This document shows, in pieces, positions 46,403 through 64,000 of a DNA stretch of 64,000 nucleotides. Origin of the DNA: Blastocystis sp. Blastoise (taxonomy: Eukaryota > Protista > Bigyra: Opalinata); contig JBBPEB010000011.1 in assembly GCA_039096225.1 (NCBI GenBank), positions 186,001 to 250,000 of the forward strand, in the 5' to 3' direction. The notes beneath the pieces are model-generated. The model was not told the DNA's origin and searched no databases. It worked only from the letters and a program-made list of their open reading frames with translations. A program made the position numbers and the translations under genes. Numbering within the stretch: position 1 is the stretch's first letter; each line of letters opens with the position of its first letter.

Positions 46403-47749
46403 CGTAGTAGTATCAATATTCATAGTATTAGCATTATTAGTATCATTATTATTAACGAATACAGGAGTCCCAAGAGAATAGTTCGTGTCGACATGTTCTC
46501 CATGAGCTATATATAGAGAGGAGATACCTTGAGACCCTGTACGTAGATATGTTAAATGTTGACTATTTCTATAATTAGGAGAGTTGTTTTTAAAAGAGAC
46601 AGAGCTATCGGTAGAGCTGATATCAGAGCTATGAGAAGTAGCACGTTTATGTACATGAAGTGATTGTCGAGCAAGTCTACTAGCTTGTGAGGGAGTTGTA
46701 GTAGGAATAGTTGAAGGTGTTAATAAGTTATTATTTAGTGGTGTTGTAAGAAGAAGACAGTTCGAAGATAATGGAGGAAGAGGAATTGGCGGGAGATTTG
46801 AACAAAGCGCGGGAAGCGAATTGGTATCTTTTGGAGCAGGAGAGAATCTAGACATACTCATAGGTGTACCTATGGAACTATTATCATTTTCATAATACTC
46901 TGTAGGATATTCAGTTGATGGACAAGTATATCTTAACATAGGATTAAGAGAAGAAGAAGTAGCAGAGGCAGCTATTTCTTGTTCTGTTGGTGGTATTTCA
47001 TCTGTTATAATCTCATTATTCTCATCAATAAACGTTAATGTACTACCCATAAAACGTTGAGTATTATTATTATGAAACATAGATGATGATGTTCCATCCA
47101 CAGAAAGACACGTGGATGGAGCACGTGATGTAGTGGGGGATATTGTAGAGATAGACATGTGACCATCATCTACATCTGTATTCAGTAGCGTTGGGTACAT
47201 TAACGGAGTTTTAGGAGCACATGCTTCACGATTATATTGTTGTAAAACTATATATATATATATAATTATTATTATTATTAAATAATGATTCTAGAATATA
47301 TATATCTAAGCTTATCTATATAATAATGATAGATAATATATAAATAGAATATACTTGATGTGAAATATGTATTTAAAAGTGTCTGAACAAATTGAATGAG
47401 ATTTTCATCATTTTTACGATTATTATATATATAATAAACAAAAGGAAAGAAAGAAGAAGAAATACTTGGATTATGATCTATATATATATATAATAAATAT
47501 AGATTATATATAATAAAACTATTCATATTAATATATAAATCATTACTATTATAGAGAATAGCTTCAATGAATTGTAATATTTTAAGAAGAACCGCTGAGG
47601 GTTGATCTGGAAGAAGTAGCAAGTTACATAATATCTCACACGCATTCTTACCAAATGTGTCACCTCTATCAAATACTATACATATATATGTAAATAAAAT
47701 AAATTATTATATACACCAAATAATAAATTATATATATATAAGTAAACAA

Positions 47750-47801
<52 letters not shown>

Positions 47802-48226
47802 TATCTTTTTGGCAGTCAACAAGAGTGATTAATAACTCCATGATTCCCGTGATTATGGCTTCATTTAAAGGGTAAAGAGTAATAATACGAAAGAGGAGAT
47901 GACATAGAGGATAAGGAGTATAAGGCAAACATTTCTCAGAATCTATATATATATATAGAATATGGTATAGAGAAAATAGTAATAATAATATTATAGATAA
48001 GATATTATATTAATATACAATTCATAAAAGTATAATCATAAATATAAATATAATAAGTATAACAATAATAATAAATAATAATAATAATAAACATAATAGC
48101 ATACGTTCTTGACATAAAGTAGATATAATAGAAATTGCTGCTATATGTATTTGAGGAATAATATCTTTATTAAGGGTCCACATAAGAATATCCGAGAGGT
48201 TTATCTGATCCGCTACAAGGTCTATA

Positions 48227-48268
<42 letters not shown>

Positions 48269-48701
48269 TATTATATATATATACCTGGATTGATTTCTTG
48301 AATTTGTTTAATATATTGTAACGTATAAAGAATAACTTTATTTTCGCATAATATATTATTCATTTTATATAAAGATCCTTGAGCCTCTTCTTCTTCTTCT
48401 TCTTCTCTCTTCGTAACTAAAGAATAATATTGATCAAAACTATCTTTATAAAGAAGAGAGAAATGTTTCTTATTTTCTAAAGTAGAAGTGAAGGCAGAAG
48501 AATGAAGAGGAATAATAAAATGACTATTTATATAAGAAATAACCGCGGGAAGGAAGTCACTGGATAGAATAGCATTGCTCATTATAGCTATATATATATA
48601 TATATAATAATAAAATTATAATTAAAGTATATATAAAATATAATATAGAATTGATATAAGTAAAAAATACAAAATATATAAGAGTAAAAAAGAATACTCT
48701 A

Positions 48702-48777
<76 letters not shown>

Positions 48778-50218
48778 TATTATCAACAGCTATAGTAAGA
48801 GTACGAATAATCGCGGTAATTATTTCATTATCTTCTTTTTGTATATATATATGTAGCTGATCGAGTAAAAACTGAACTGTTGAAATCATATCTAATTCTT
48901 TTACTACTATATAGAAGTGTATTAACGAGGAGGAGAAGAAAAAGAAGAAGAAGTATAAGAAATAAGACGAAGAATATTAATACATACTAATAATAAACAA
49001 AACAAATAAAAAATATAATAATAGAAATAGAAATAAAAAAAAAGTGTGAAATAAAATAGAGTATATATATACATAGACTTTGGCAGTTAATACAGACAGT
49101 GAGAGCTAATTTCAATAATTCGCGTTGTCTTTCGGCGGGAACGATAGCATTTGCATCTATATCAAAATCATCAGAACCGCGGGAATCGATATCTAAGGAT
49201 AATGCAGATGTATCGACATGAGCGAGAGAAACACGGTTTATAGCATGTTGACTTAATTTAGTTAATATTCCCACGGGAATATCCTCAAATATAGTAGATT
49301 CTATAATAATAATAGAATGTAAATATATACAATAATAATGATTATGATTATATTATTATACTTATTAGATTATATTTATTATTATATTATTATATTATTA
49401 TTATATTATTATTATTATATATATACTAATTGAAGATAGTTTGATGAATAGAGAGTAGAGTTGATATACATATACATATAAATTGATATCATTAAATGCT
49501 TTTATAAATATACGTATATGCTCTGGATGAAACAGAGTTATATTCTTAGCTATATATATATATATATATAATTATTATAATTATTAAAATAATTATTAAA
49601 ATAATTATTAAGAAAGATATCAAAGTAAGAAATATATATAATATATTTATATATATAATGATGAATACTAATAGTAAAAGATATTATATATATATATATA
49701 TACATCTTTCTAAAAGTGCTTGTGTAACATCTAGAATGGGAAGAAGAAGTTGCATGTAATTGAGAGGGTTAGTACGGAATACATAGAGGATATCCGAGAG
49801 GATATCACGTGACACAGCAAATGACATGATTCCATCTATTTATATATATATATAATATATCATTATAATATCAATTATATATATACGAGAATTGAGAAGG
49901 AGTCTCATATCAACAAGTGTTTGATAGAGTAATTCCCGCGGGGATGATGTAGTAAGTAGAATACTAATATCATTGAGGAATCGTCGACGGCAAAAATCAA
50001 GATCTTTCTCAAAACAATCTATATATATATATAAAGAGAGAATTATATAAAAGGATTTCAATATAATATTTATATATATATACTATTTTTAAAATAAGGT
50101 TTTAAAGCTATTTGTAGATATTTTCCAATTTGTTTGTGTTGATAACTGAATGTATTCATATGGAGGAGGGAACGATAGAGAGTGGCGGGCAACTGGAGAG
50201 GGTCTATAGTGGGAATAA

Positions 50219-50250
<32 letters not shown>

Positions 50251-52480
50251 CTATGTAATTCAAGAGAGAGAAGAAGAGAGAGAACAGAAGAGCAAACAAA
50301 TACACTCTGATAATAATGAGAGAGAACTATTTCCACTTGAGACACAATGGAATTGTATTCCGTTGAGTCTAAAGGGTCTTGTACTATATAAGAAATAGGA
50401 TAATATATAAATATAATAATAAAAAAATAGTATATAAATAAAATAATAATAAATAGAATATAAACAAAATAATAATAAATAGAATATAAATATAATATAT
50501 AAATAAACTAATATTCATATATATATACCATAATAAAGATTAGTAGCCATAAGAGAGAGACACATGGATATAATCGTGGGAATTTGAAGATAATCATTAA
50601 TACATTGGTGATAATATCCCATCGAAATACGACTCACTATAATATCACGATTCTCTTCTATATATATATATATAGATGAGTTATAATGAATAAGAATATA
50701 TATATATACTATATTGTTGAAGACCGAAAAGACAACCGAGTGTGTTTTTAATGGCATTAGCAACTGTATCTTTTTTCACCAGGAGCACGTGCGCGCAGAT
50801 ATCCGTGAGGGATTTCCCAATGGATCCAGTAACAGGATAAATAGGAGAATCTATATACAATATATATATAATAATAATAACATTAATAATATTATTATAA
50901 AATAATACTAATAAAACTATATATATATACCAATGATAGCATATAAACGTAATATGGACATAATGACCGTTATTCCCGCGGGAGTGACGTTATCTTGATA
51001 GATATAAGAAGAGAGCACTTGAAGGAAGTTTTGAGGAATTGGATACTCATTGTATATATCTAGAAGAATAATGAAATATATAGATATATATAGATATAAT
51101 AAAATATAATGTAAATATGTGTTATTTTTACATAATACTTAATGTATATAATAAAGAATAAAGAATTGAGATATATACATTGTTTAAAGATTAAGAATAT
51201 AATATTCATCAATTGACTATTAAATAGAAGATCTTGAGTAGAAATAAGAGTAATAGCAAAGTATAGAAGGACAGAAGGAAGAGTAACCTGACGTTCATTT
51301 ACTATAGATATATATATATATAATAGATATAATAACATATAATAAATGTATATAGTAAATATAATTGATATATATATAGAATATAATAAATGATATAGAA
51401 TAATGAGTATAATAATATAAGTTTATTCTTTCTAAATCCTATAGAATAGTATACATTTATTAGTAATAGCAGGAAAGCAATGACATAAATATTGAGTATC
51501 TTTTTTATTCATTCGAAGAATGTAGAGAAACAGATCAAGCGAAGGATTCTCAAATAATCTATACAATAGGGAATATAATAATATATAATAAATATAATAA
51601 TAATCAATATAATAAATATAATAATAATAATAAATAAATATAATAAATATAATAAATATAATAAAAATAATAAATATAATAAATATAATAAATATAATAA
51701 ATATAATAAATATAATAAATATAATAATAGATATAAATATATATACTTATTAATCAATCTCTGTTTCATAGCAACATGTTCAACGACCTTAGTCTATATA
51801 CATATATATATATAAGTATTCCAATAATAATAATAATAATAATAATAATACTCTATATATACTTTAAGTTTATAATAAAAAGGATGTTGTTCTGTACAAG
51901 TATAATCCCAAATGGAGGGGAAAATATAACGCGGTACAGGACCCTCTGTGTCACACAAACAATAATCATCATTATTTAAACCTTCTTCCTCCTATATATA
52001 TAAATAAATAGTAAAAAATATTCTATATATATAATAATAAAAAATGAAAAATATACAGCAATAATTTCTGAAATGTCAAAAAAAGTGTAGTTACTAGATA
52101 AATTGTAATGTTTAACTTTGTCATCTGAGATGACAACATAATAATCGACATTGTGATCTTTAACCATATCAATACAGAATTCAGTATTACCTTCTGAAAC
52201 TGGAAAAATGGTATCTAATGTACTGTCTTCAGACAAAAATAGAGATTTGTACATAAGAACAACTGATCTTGGAGTAATACTGTATGTTTCCTAAAGATAA
52301 GATAAATAAAATATTCTAAAAAATTTAAAAAAAAACACATACTCCAACTAAAGTGATCAACTCATTGACAGTACTTTTGGAGCTCACCATAAGTTTCCTC
52401 GTCTCTTTGTCAGAAGCCTTAATGATTAAGGATATATTACATGTATAACGAGGAATTAATAGATCCGGCGCAGTATTCAT
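45314..52480 (-). CDS. Large hypothetical protein: ubiquitin-like N-terminus, helical (ARM-like) middle, Ser/Thr/Asn-rich disordered C-terminus; many exons (possibly more than one gene)
   Basis: Chain of GT-AG-bounded coding exons from ATG 52480 (..TVNELITL..LMYKSLFLSEDSTL..) to the 628-aa low-complexity terminal ORF. No family recognised. Confidence 0.55.
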
Positions 52481-53007
52481 ATTTCCCTTTAGAACTAGTA
52501 GCACTTAGTCGAGTTATATATATTTCTAATGACAAATAGCTTATCTATTATTGCCAAATTATTCAAATATGAATGAAAAGTTTAAAAACAAACACTCTTC
52601 ATTTTTCCTTGGGAGATTATCAAGATTCTAAAACAAAAATGTTTCTCCCAGATAACCACGGTTCTTTGTTTCATTTCCATTCAAGAAATAAATATGTCAT
52701 CCTAACTCCTTTGTTAAAGAGATTTACATAAGAAATCAACCTTTTCAAAATCGTAAATGAATGGATTGCTAACAAGTTCTTTTTATAATGTCATATTCTG
52801 TATTTCTATGTATTCAGCAAAGTAATATATTTTGTTAAATCAATAAAAAAAAATTATTGATTTCAAATTGACATTTATGAGATAGAAAAGATTTTTAAAA
52901 TACTGATATATGACGAAATTTGATATTATAAAAATCTAATTATCATTAAACTATCTTTTTAACAAAGAACACCAATTTAAAGACTAAAAACATATATATA
53001 AAAGAAA

Positions 53008-54699
53008 TTATATTTCATCTTCATCACTATCCATATTGATTTCTTCTTCAGGATAATCACCAACTATAAAATGTATAAATATATATAGAATCTATGCAAG
53101 TAAAAAGAACAAACGATATTCTATACCTTGAACATTTGTTCCTCTAACAAATCCACCATAATGTTGAGGACAACTAAAATATTGAACACCATTTAAACTT
53201 CCATTATTCTTACCAACAGGTTCATCAAATTGAACACCTACCTAAATTATATATAGAATAAGATATTTTATAAATATGTTATGAAACAATATATATAGAG
53301 TAATTATTATATTATATAGAGAGCAATTATTATATTTAGAGATAATTATATTATAAAGAGAGTAATAATATTATATAGAGAGCAATTATTATATTATATA
53401 GAGAATAATCAAAATATTATAAATAGAGTAATAATATTATATAGAGAGAGTAATTCTAAGAATATCACTATAGAAATACCCAGTATCCTTTTTGAGCTTG
53501 TTTTGCTTCTTTATATTCTCCAATCCATTTAACTTCTCCTCTTCGTTCTCCTGGACTTACTTGACATCGATCTCCTATATGTATATTCTTTACTGTCTCT
53601 ATAGAATAGGTAGACTCAACATTCACTAACTATATATAAGAATAGTAGTAGTTATAGATATTATATTATATTATATTATATTATATTATATTATATTATA
53701 TTATATTATATTATATTATATTATATTATATTATATTATATTATATTATATTATATTATATTATATTATATTATATTATATTATATTATATTATATTATA
53801 TTATATTATATTATATTATATTATATTATAATAAATAATAAAAACTAATGAAATAATATAATACATATATCTATAATAAATAATTATCATATCTATACTT
53901 TATTTTCTAATTGTTCTCTTTTAAATGCACGATATGTATTTTTTCTTTGATTATATTCCTCATCACTTAATACATACTTTTCAATCTTACTTGTATCTTC
54001 TAAACCACCATTCTTAGAGAGAGAGAAAGGATCCTATATATAATATATATATATATAATAGTATATAATATAATAGAATATAATAAAATAGAATATAATA
54101 TAAATAATAGTATATATTATAATAGTATATATTATAATAGCATATAATACAATATAATATATAATATTATCTTTCAGTGAATCATAATAAATATATATAT
54201 ATATATACCTGATCAATACAATAAATCTCCATTCCTGACTGAATTCCATAATTACCTATTAATTGATTATCATCATTCATTTCAGCAATCTATAAAGATA
54301 AATATAATATAAGATTTCATATTTATAATAGTTATTTAATAATATATATCTATAAAATATATTATAATATAGAATACCATACAATAATATAGATAACAAC
54401 TATAAAAACTATGAAAATATAAATAAATATACAGGAGTTCCAAATTTATCTTTTAATATTAGTTTTTGATAAGCTACAGATGATCCAGTTCGTTGATATA
54501 TTTTCAGCTTTACATCTGAAACAGTCATATAAATGCTTAATCGAAGATCAACAACATGTTGTTTCAAGTTACTATGTGATAGATTCACCTCTACTAAGCC
54601 TGGAGGTAAGCTTTTATATCTCTCTCCATCAGTAGCAGTTATATAAGCTCTTAATTCAGCCAGTTGATCGTTTGATAAGCCACTTAGATTGATAGACAT
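53008..54699 (-). CDS. TBCB: Tubulin-folding cofactor B (Ubl + CAP-Gly), 6 exons
   Basis: [87 protein letters not shown]. Confidence 0.95.
53658..53830. repeat. (ATATT)n pentanucleotide microsatellite in a TBCB intron
   Basis: About 170 bp of perfect attat repeat. Confidence 0.95.
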
Positions 54700-54909
54700 T
54701 GTTTGTTAATTAATTTTAAAAGAATTAGATATAATTATTTTAGAGAATATTATAAAATAGAATAACGAAAAAGTATCTAGAAAAAAAGAAGAACAAATGA
54801 AATATAATTTGTTAGTCATGATTAAATAATTGTAATTCCGTTTAAAATAAAATTTTTCAAAATAAAGAAATTCTTCATAAATAAGTTGCTTTTCTTCCAT
54901 ATAAATTAA

Positions 54910-57198
<2,289 letters not shown>

Positions 57199-57450
57199 AT
57201 AAAGTCTTGCTTAATACTACTCTGTTTCTTAACTATTAATATATATATATGATTCATTTCTATTGAATATTCAAATAAAACAACAAAAAATTAAAAAAAC
57301 AACAAAAAACAAAACAAATTTTTTATTAACAAATATTTAAAAAGCAATAAAAACAATAATCAGCAATGATTTATTTTTTAGCGTTTACAATCATACATAA
57401 AGTACATATTCTATTATATACAATATAAGGAAAGACTTATCTATATTCCT

Positions 57451-60400
57451 TTAAACTTTAACAGTTTTAGCAGCAGTATTTTCTCCACCTTTCTTACTAC
57501 CTGATCTAGCTTTAGAAGAGATCTTCTTATCAAGATTAGAATGTCCCTTATTCTTACGTGATTTAGTTCTATTAATAATGCAAAGAACAACAACACCAAC
57601 AATAATAACAGCTAAAATACCAATAATAATCCAAGCATAGATAGGAAGACCAGGTTTCTCAGTAGAGGAAATATAGACTTCAGTTTCAACAGAACCAGCA
57701 GTATTTGTACAAGTAACAAGATAAGTTTGAGATTCAAATATTTCAGCAGCAGTACCTGAAATAGTACCAGTCTTAGTATCAAAATTAATACCAGTAGGTA
57801 AAGTAGCATCAATAGAGCAAGTGAATTCAGCAGCAGATACTTGAGGAACATAAGAGAAAGCAACACCTTTATATACATTCATCATCTTTGTACTATAACG
57901 AATTCTTTGAGGAGTCATTACTGTACAATAACTTTCTTCAGTACCTCTTACACCATTAGTACATAAAGCTTGAATTCTACCTTGATAATAAGCAGCACAA
58001 TTCTTATAAGCATAAGCACCTTCTAAAGCACCACCCCATCCTTTAGCTTCATCAGGATTACAAGCACCATTAATATTCTTAGTATACATACTAATTTCAG
58101 CTAATTGGAAGCCTTGAACGCCGGCAGAATACTCACAATTCTCATCAGTATCACTACTACCTAAATTACTGTTATCACATTCTTGAGCTAAGAATCTATA
58201 AGCATTATATACTTTATTATTATAAAAATCAACAGAATATTCTTCACCAAAATTCTCAAATTTCTTACTAGAAACAAGATTTAATGTAGACCAATTTGTA
58301 CCATCATTAGAACCTTGGAAACTCCAAGCAGAAGGATGTCTCTTATTACATTTAGGACCAGTAATAATAGAATAAGAAGAAATATATTCCTTTCTATCAT
58401 TATTGAATGTCCAAGTAGGATCAGCACCCACACAACGAGTTTGAGCAACATAAACAGATCCCTTAATATTATCAAAAGCATTTGAAACTGTATCTTCAGT
58501 AGCAACACTACTAGAAGCAGTACCATCAATTACTCTATAACTACCTTCAGCAGCAACTAATAAGTTAGCATCAAAATCAATAACAGTACTAGTAGTAGTA
58601 GAAGCTCTATGAACTTCAACAGCAATAACATTTGCTCCTTGAACTAAATTACCAAATGAAACAGACATCGAAGAACCAACATAAGTAGATTCACTCTTTT
58701 CTGAAGAAGCATAAGTATTATAAGAAACAGAACCAGTAGCTATATTATATCTATATTGTTCTTGGCCATTAATATATACAACAATACCATATTTAGTCTT
58801 AATATTAAAGACAACAGAAGCATAGCTAGAAACTGACTCAATAGTAAAAGTCTTTCTAAAATATTGAGTAGTACCTACAGCAGCTTCAAAAGCAGAAGGC
58901 ATAGCTTCTTTCCATGTAGCATCAGAGAATGTAAGTGAATTCCAGCCAGAACCAGCAGCAGATCCACTATTAAGATATTTCCATGTACTATGTACAGGAG
59001 GAATAACATAACCAACGGAAACAGTGAAAGTCTTTTCAGATTCACCATCACCAAGAGAACCACCAAGAACAAGAGAATTATCTTCTAAAAGAATTTGGAA
59101 ATAGCCAGAATCCCAGCCATCACCACCACTATCCGTAACCTTTAATGTATATACATCAGCAGATTTACAGAAAGGATAATAATTATCTTGATCATTAGTA
59201 AAACCAGTCTTTGAAGAAATAGCAGCACCAGATTTATCAGATAATACATAGCCTTGTTCATTACCAGCAGCACCAGAATGAATACGAAGAACAAACATAA
59301 TATTAGGAGAAGTACAAGCAACTACAGATAAAGTAACAGAAACAGATGAGTCTTGTCCTTTAGGATTACTAGCAGTAATAGTATAAGATTGAGAAGGTAA
59401 TAAAGTGATAGGAGTACCACGAATAGAACCAGTAGAAGTATCAATTTCTAAAGGAAGATTAAGAGCAGGAGTGATACGGAAATTACCCCAAAGAGAAGAA
59501 GAAGGAGTTACTTCAGGGAAAGGAACACCTATATAACCAGTAAAAGTAGTAGAAGATAAAGAAAGTGCAGGAATAACTAATTGATCTAAATCTTCAGTAG
59601 ACATAGTAATTAAAGCTAAAGCAAATTCATAAGGATTAGCAGAAGGTAAAGCAGGTTCAGTAAAATAGAATTTATATTCATTCCAAGCTTTAGTATTTTG
59701 AGGTAAATAGAAACATCTTTCAACAGCTCTACCAGAGAAATAAGCATTCGTAACATTACCTAATAATGTCCAAGTAATGCCTACATCATTACTACCATAA
59801 ACAGCCCAATCAGAAGGATCATAAGCTTCATTAAGATAAGAAGAAGTAAAACAATATTTATTAATTTGTTCAGCTCTAGCTGTACCATAATTAAGAAGAA
59901 CAGTAGCAGGAGCAAGAGCAGCAGGAGATACATACCATGTTGTAGTAGGTAAAAGATCAATCAAATAAGAAACACCACTACCTGAAGGTTCATCAGAAGC
60001 AGTTAAATCCCAATTTCTACCAAGAGCATTTGTCTTAAAGAGTTGGAATGAAGCATCAAATAAAACAGTAGTAGGATTATTACCTGCTAAATTAACAATA
60101 CCAATAGCAAGAACGTTACTACCTACTTGAATATGTGTATTATCGCCACTAATATAATGGAATGTAGAAGTACTATCACCACCAGTAGCAGCTGTAGCAG
60201 TAGTAATATCGCCAGCAGAAAGATATGTTCTATATAATTCAACACCATTCATATAAACAACAAAACCAGCTCTAGCTTTTACTCTTATTTCAAAACCTAC
60301 ATAACCAGTCTTTGTAACAACAGAAACTACATTTCTAAATAACCAAATAGTACTTGTTGTAGCAGGAAGTGGGTCCATACTAAATGCAGAGAATCCCGTG

Positions 60401-62401
60401 GGAGTAGCTGTACCATACCAAGCAGCAGGAACACTTCCTTGAACATATTGCCAATTAGAAGCCTTAGGAGCAAGAGCATAAGCAAAATCAAAAGTATAAT
60501 CATTATTAGTAGTTTTATGTTCATAAAGAGAAGCAATAGGATAATAAGATCCTTCATAATCATATAATTCAACAAATAAACGAGAACCAGAAGTCCAACC
60601 ATCACCATAACTATCAGCAACAGTTACAGTATATACACCAGAGGCAATACACATAATAAAGGTTTGATCAACACTATTTGTAAGAACAGGAGAAGAATAC
60701 ACAACACTACCTGCAGCATTCTTCATAGTCCAAGATTCTTCAGTTGCCCAACTCTTATTAACTTTTCTAAAACGTAAATTCGTATGAGTAGGAGCACTAC
60801 AAGCAGTAATAGTAATAGTCATAGCAAATGTATAAGATTGTCCATTATATGAAGCAGAGATTGTATAAGTACCAGAAGAAGCACTAGTAGGAGTACCAGA
60901 GATACTACCGGTAGTAGCAGACAGAGTAATACCATCAGGGAATGCAGGTGAAACAGTAAATCCAGTATAACCATTAGAAGCAGGACTAACAGAAATAGTA
61001 TCGATTCCAGCATAACCAGTAATAGTAGAAACATCATATTGTAAACCAGGAGCAAGATAAGCATAATTACAAACGAATACTTGCATTAATCCAAGACTAA
61101 TTTTACCTGAAATAGTACCAGCTGTAATCTCTAATTTATATTGAGAGAAAGATTTATCATTTGAACGAATAGGGAAGTTCACAGTAACTTGTGTTGTAGA
61201 GAAAATATAATTTTCTTTAGCATCAAGAATTGTCCAAGTATTTCCATCAGTAGAACCATAGAAATTCCATGTTTTAGGATAACCATAAGTAGATACAGTT
61301 GAAGAAGTAAGAGCATATGTATTTACCCATTCAGAAGTACCAGCAGGTAAAGTATATACAAAAGTAACTGAACCACTTGTACTACTATAGAAATAAGTAC
61401 TTATACTATTATCAACAACTTTACTAGCACCATATGAAGTAGAGGATCCATCAGGAGTAGAAGTAATAGTACCATCAAAGAAACGAGTATTAGAGCATTC
61501 ACCACTTTCAGCAGAACCAAAATAAGCACCACCAACATCAAAAATATCAGCTCCAGCAGTAACTCCAGAAGCTTGATGAATTTCAATAGCAATTACATAA
61601 GTACCACTAGTAGGTAATAAGAATTTATTAAATGAAATTCTCTTATTAACAATAGTTGCATCAGTAGCAGAATTAGCAACAGAACTACCCGTTAAAGTTC
61701 CAGAAGGTAATTTATATCTATATACTTCAGTACCTTGAACATAAACAGCAGCACCTTCTCCTGTCTTAAGTGTAAGCATAAGAGCACTAAAAACATCACG
61801 ACTAGCTAAAGTCTTTTGTAAACGATAATAACGAGTAGTAGCTGTAAATGCAGGCATAGAACCAGAATTAGCAGAAGACCAACTAGCATCACTATAGGTA
61901 GTAGCAGCCCAACCAGTTCCAGATTGAGAGACATCAGAATATTTCCAAGAAGAACCAAGACTTATTTCAAGATAAGGATTAAAAGTCTTGACATCTTTCA
62001 ATAATGTTCTACCACTTTGATAAGGAAGACCACCTCTGAAAATTTCAAGTCCACTAATAGAAATGACAAGATAAGCAGCAGCAGTAGACGAACCCCATCC
62101 ATCACCATAACTATCAATTAATTCAATAGTATGTAAACCACTAGTAGAACAGAATGTATAGGTTTGATCAGTACTAGATACACTTGATGTTCCACTAACA
62201 GATAATACTTGTGTACCCGTAGTAGCAGCACCTCTCCAAATAACAAAAGATTCTTCACCAGCATAAGAAGTATAATGCTTCATTACAGTAGCCTCAAATT
62301 CACCAGTCTCACAGGAGAAAACTAAATGAAAATAATTTTTTATCTAGAGATAATTATATACCAATAGCTAATAAAAACAATAATGTTGTAGCTAATTTCA
62401 T
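57451..62401 (-). CDS. Type-I membrane surface protein, ~1640 aa, three tandem ~490-aa modules (DSYGDGW domain, galactose-binding/discoidin-like folds, He_PIG Ig-like), TM helix and basic tail
   Basis: Signal-peptide exon MKLATTLLFLLAI (62401-62362), one short intron, then a 4.9-kb exon. DSYGDGW/DSYGDGW/DSGGDGW, W..YGS.DG..W..L and LP.G...TG.ISG recur three times. TM segment IYAWIIIGILAVIIVGVVVLCII. Confidence 0.88.
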
Positions 62402-64000
62402 GATAAACTTATTTATAATAAATAAATAAAAAATAAGCAAGAAGCTTTATATAATAAAAAGAGAGACTGTAACGAGAAACGATGTCTTTTTCCACGTATA
62501 GAAGCGTCAAATTATTCTGATTGTTTAAAATCTTTAAACGTATATCTTTGTCAATGAGTATCTCTTCAAAGGAGACAATTCGATTCTAAGAAACACTAGC
62601 GCATTCTATGTCACAAAGTTAATCCAATAAAAAGTGAGATATGTATTCTTTCAAATGACACATCTCCAATGCTTCATGTCCTCATCACATGTCTCTAAAC
62701 CTATTGTCCCAAAAAGCCTAAAAAAAAGGGCATTTGAATCGATGTGTTTTCATTCCTAACAACTCTGCGAGTCTCCAACAAAAAGGGGCAAAAAGCGAAG
62801 ATGCGTCATCGAGAAAAGATTTTTATTTGTAGGGGGAGTTAGAAACCTTTCTATTTTTAACCTCTAGATATATGCCGCAAAAACTCTTTTATTCCCAATA
62901 CATGACTAATGATAAAAGAAATCTTTTCCCTTTAAATGACTAATCACAAATTTGATCTTAATAATATCTCAAATAAAAAAGTTTCCCTGTTTTAAATTTT
63001 TTTTAAATTACAGACTACTAACTGTATCACTTTTAAAAAAGTATTTAAATAGACATAATTTTAGCTGTGTTTATAAAGACAATTTTTCCAAAAGAGCGAC
63101 TAAAAGCGACAATTAATCAAATTGATTGTTTTGGATAAACACAACAAGCATTTTTCTCATTTGTTAATCGTATGGTGAAGTGTAGATGAAGCCGTAGTTG
63201 TTTGAAATAACTTCGTCAACGACAATTGATTAACCGAACTTTTGACAATAGTTTTATTAACAGAAAAACGAATAATCGGACAAATATATATATGAATAAC
63301 CCCTTTAAGGCGATATGCCCATTATCGACACATCTTCAATAAGTTTCCTAAAACGAAGAAAGAACATTCTATCATGGAATAAACGATGAAAAAAGATCAA
63401 GAAATTTATTGGATAATCAAATTACGTTCTAGTTGTCACTTTTTAGGGAATCTTATTTTTTTGGTAATGCAAAAAGCTGTTTGTTCCTTTAAAAGATGAG
63501 GTTTTGTTTGTTGTACACTTATTTAAATGTTGTTTTACTTAGCAACTCAACTTATTTATAATCTGTATATGTATTAGTGAAAAAATAAAAGTCTGAAGAA
63601 ATAATCATTTTTCAAAAATGACAATTTGTGATAATTTTACTATTGTTTTCTTAGTTATGTATCATTTTTAAATATACATTAAGAGAATAAACACGAGTTT
63701 AAGAAAAACAAGAAATTCGAATTAAAAATTGCATTATTTTATCATATAGATGTTATAAATTATTATCTCTATATATGAGAATATGAATTATTATACATAT
63801 ATGAAAAATAAATTCCATAAAAAATTATTTTAAAATTATTTTGTTTTCTTTTAGTCCTTTAATTTTTAAATGAGTATACAAAGGCTTTAGGCAACCATAA
63901 GCAATCATTATTTCAGTGTATAAAAATGATGATGAAATTAAAACCCAAATAATAACAAAATAGACAAAAAATAGTATAGAAATTTCATTCAAATATTTGT

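Noticed and set aside
57612-61592. Alternative-frame Leu-rich ORFs overlapping the surface protein
   Set aside because: By-product of strong NNT codon bias in the main frame.
62402-64000. Slightly GC-richer non-coding stretch that might hold an snRNA, tRNA or element end
   Set aside because: No tRNA cloverleaf, snRNA signature, TIR or ORF recognised; treated as upstream/intergenic DNA.

Overview
Very AT-rich, intron-dense eukaryotic (protist) DNA. The gene content (He_PIG/discoidin surface protein, bacterial-type ROK kinase, U12-type introns) suggests a Blastocystis-like stramenopile, which is an inference. Most short Ile/Tyr/Leu-rich ORFs in the track are artefacts of (TA)n/(TTA)n introns. 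Manual splicing gives about 14 host genes: MDN1 3' end, Smr protein, ASF1, CCT2, intronless ROK kinase, ABHD17-like hydrolase, DENND4-like, CTU2, amino-acid transporter, PDAP1, an AddB-like helicase/Fe-S nuclease, a large unknown, TBCB, RBM41-like and a ~1640-aa type-I surface protein. There is also a complete 8.9-kb CACTA (EnSpm) transposon (16620-25545) with perfect 20-bp TIRs, an ATT target-site duplication, an intact spliced transposase and a divergently transcribed second gene of unknown function. Other highlights: (1) a eukaryotic, intron-containing AddB-type protein with a dead UvrD helicase, an intact 4-Cys PD-(D/E)XK nuclease and a possible mitochondrial presequence; (2) two U12-type introns with no usable AG/AC next to the branch site; (3) two introns with CT/GA donors; (4) a GC-rich quasi-palindrome, TTCCCGYGGGAA, scattered through host exons but not seen in the transposon.
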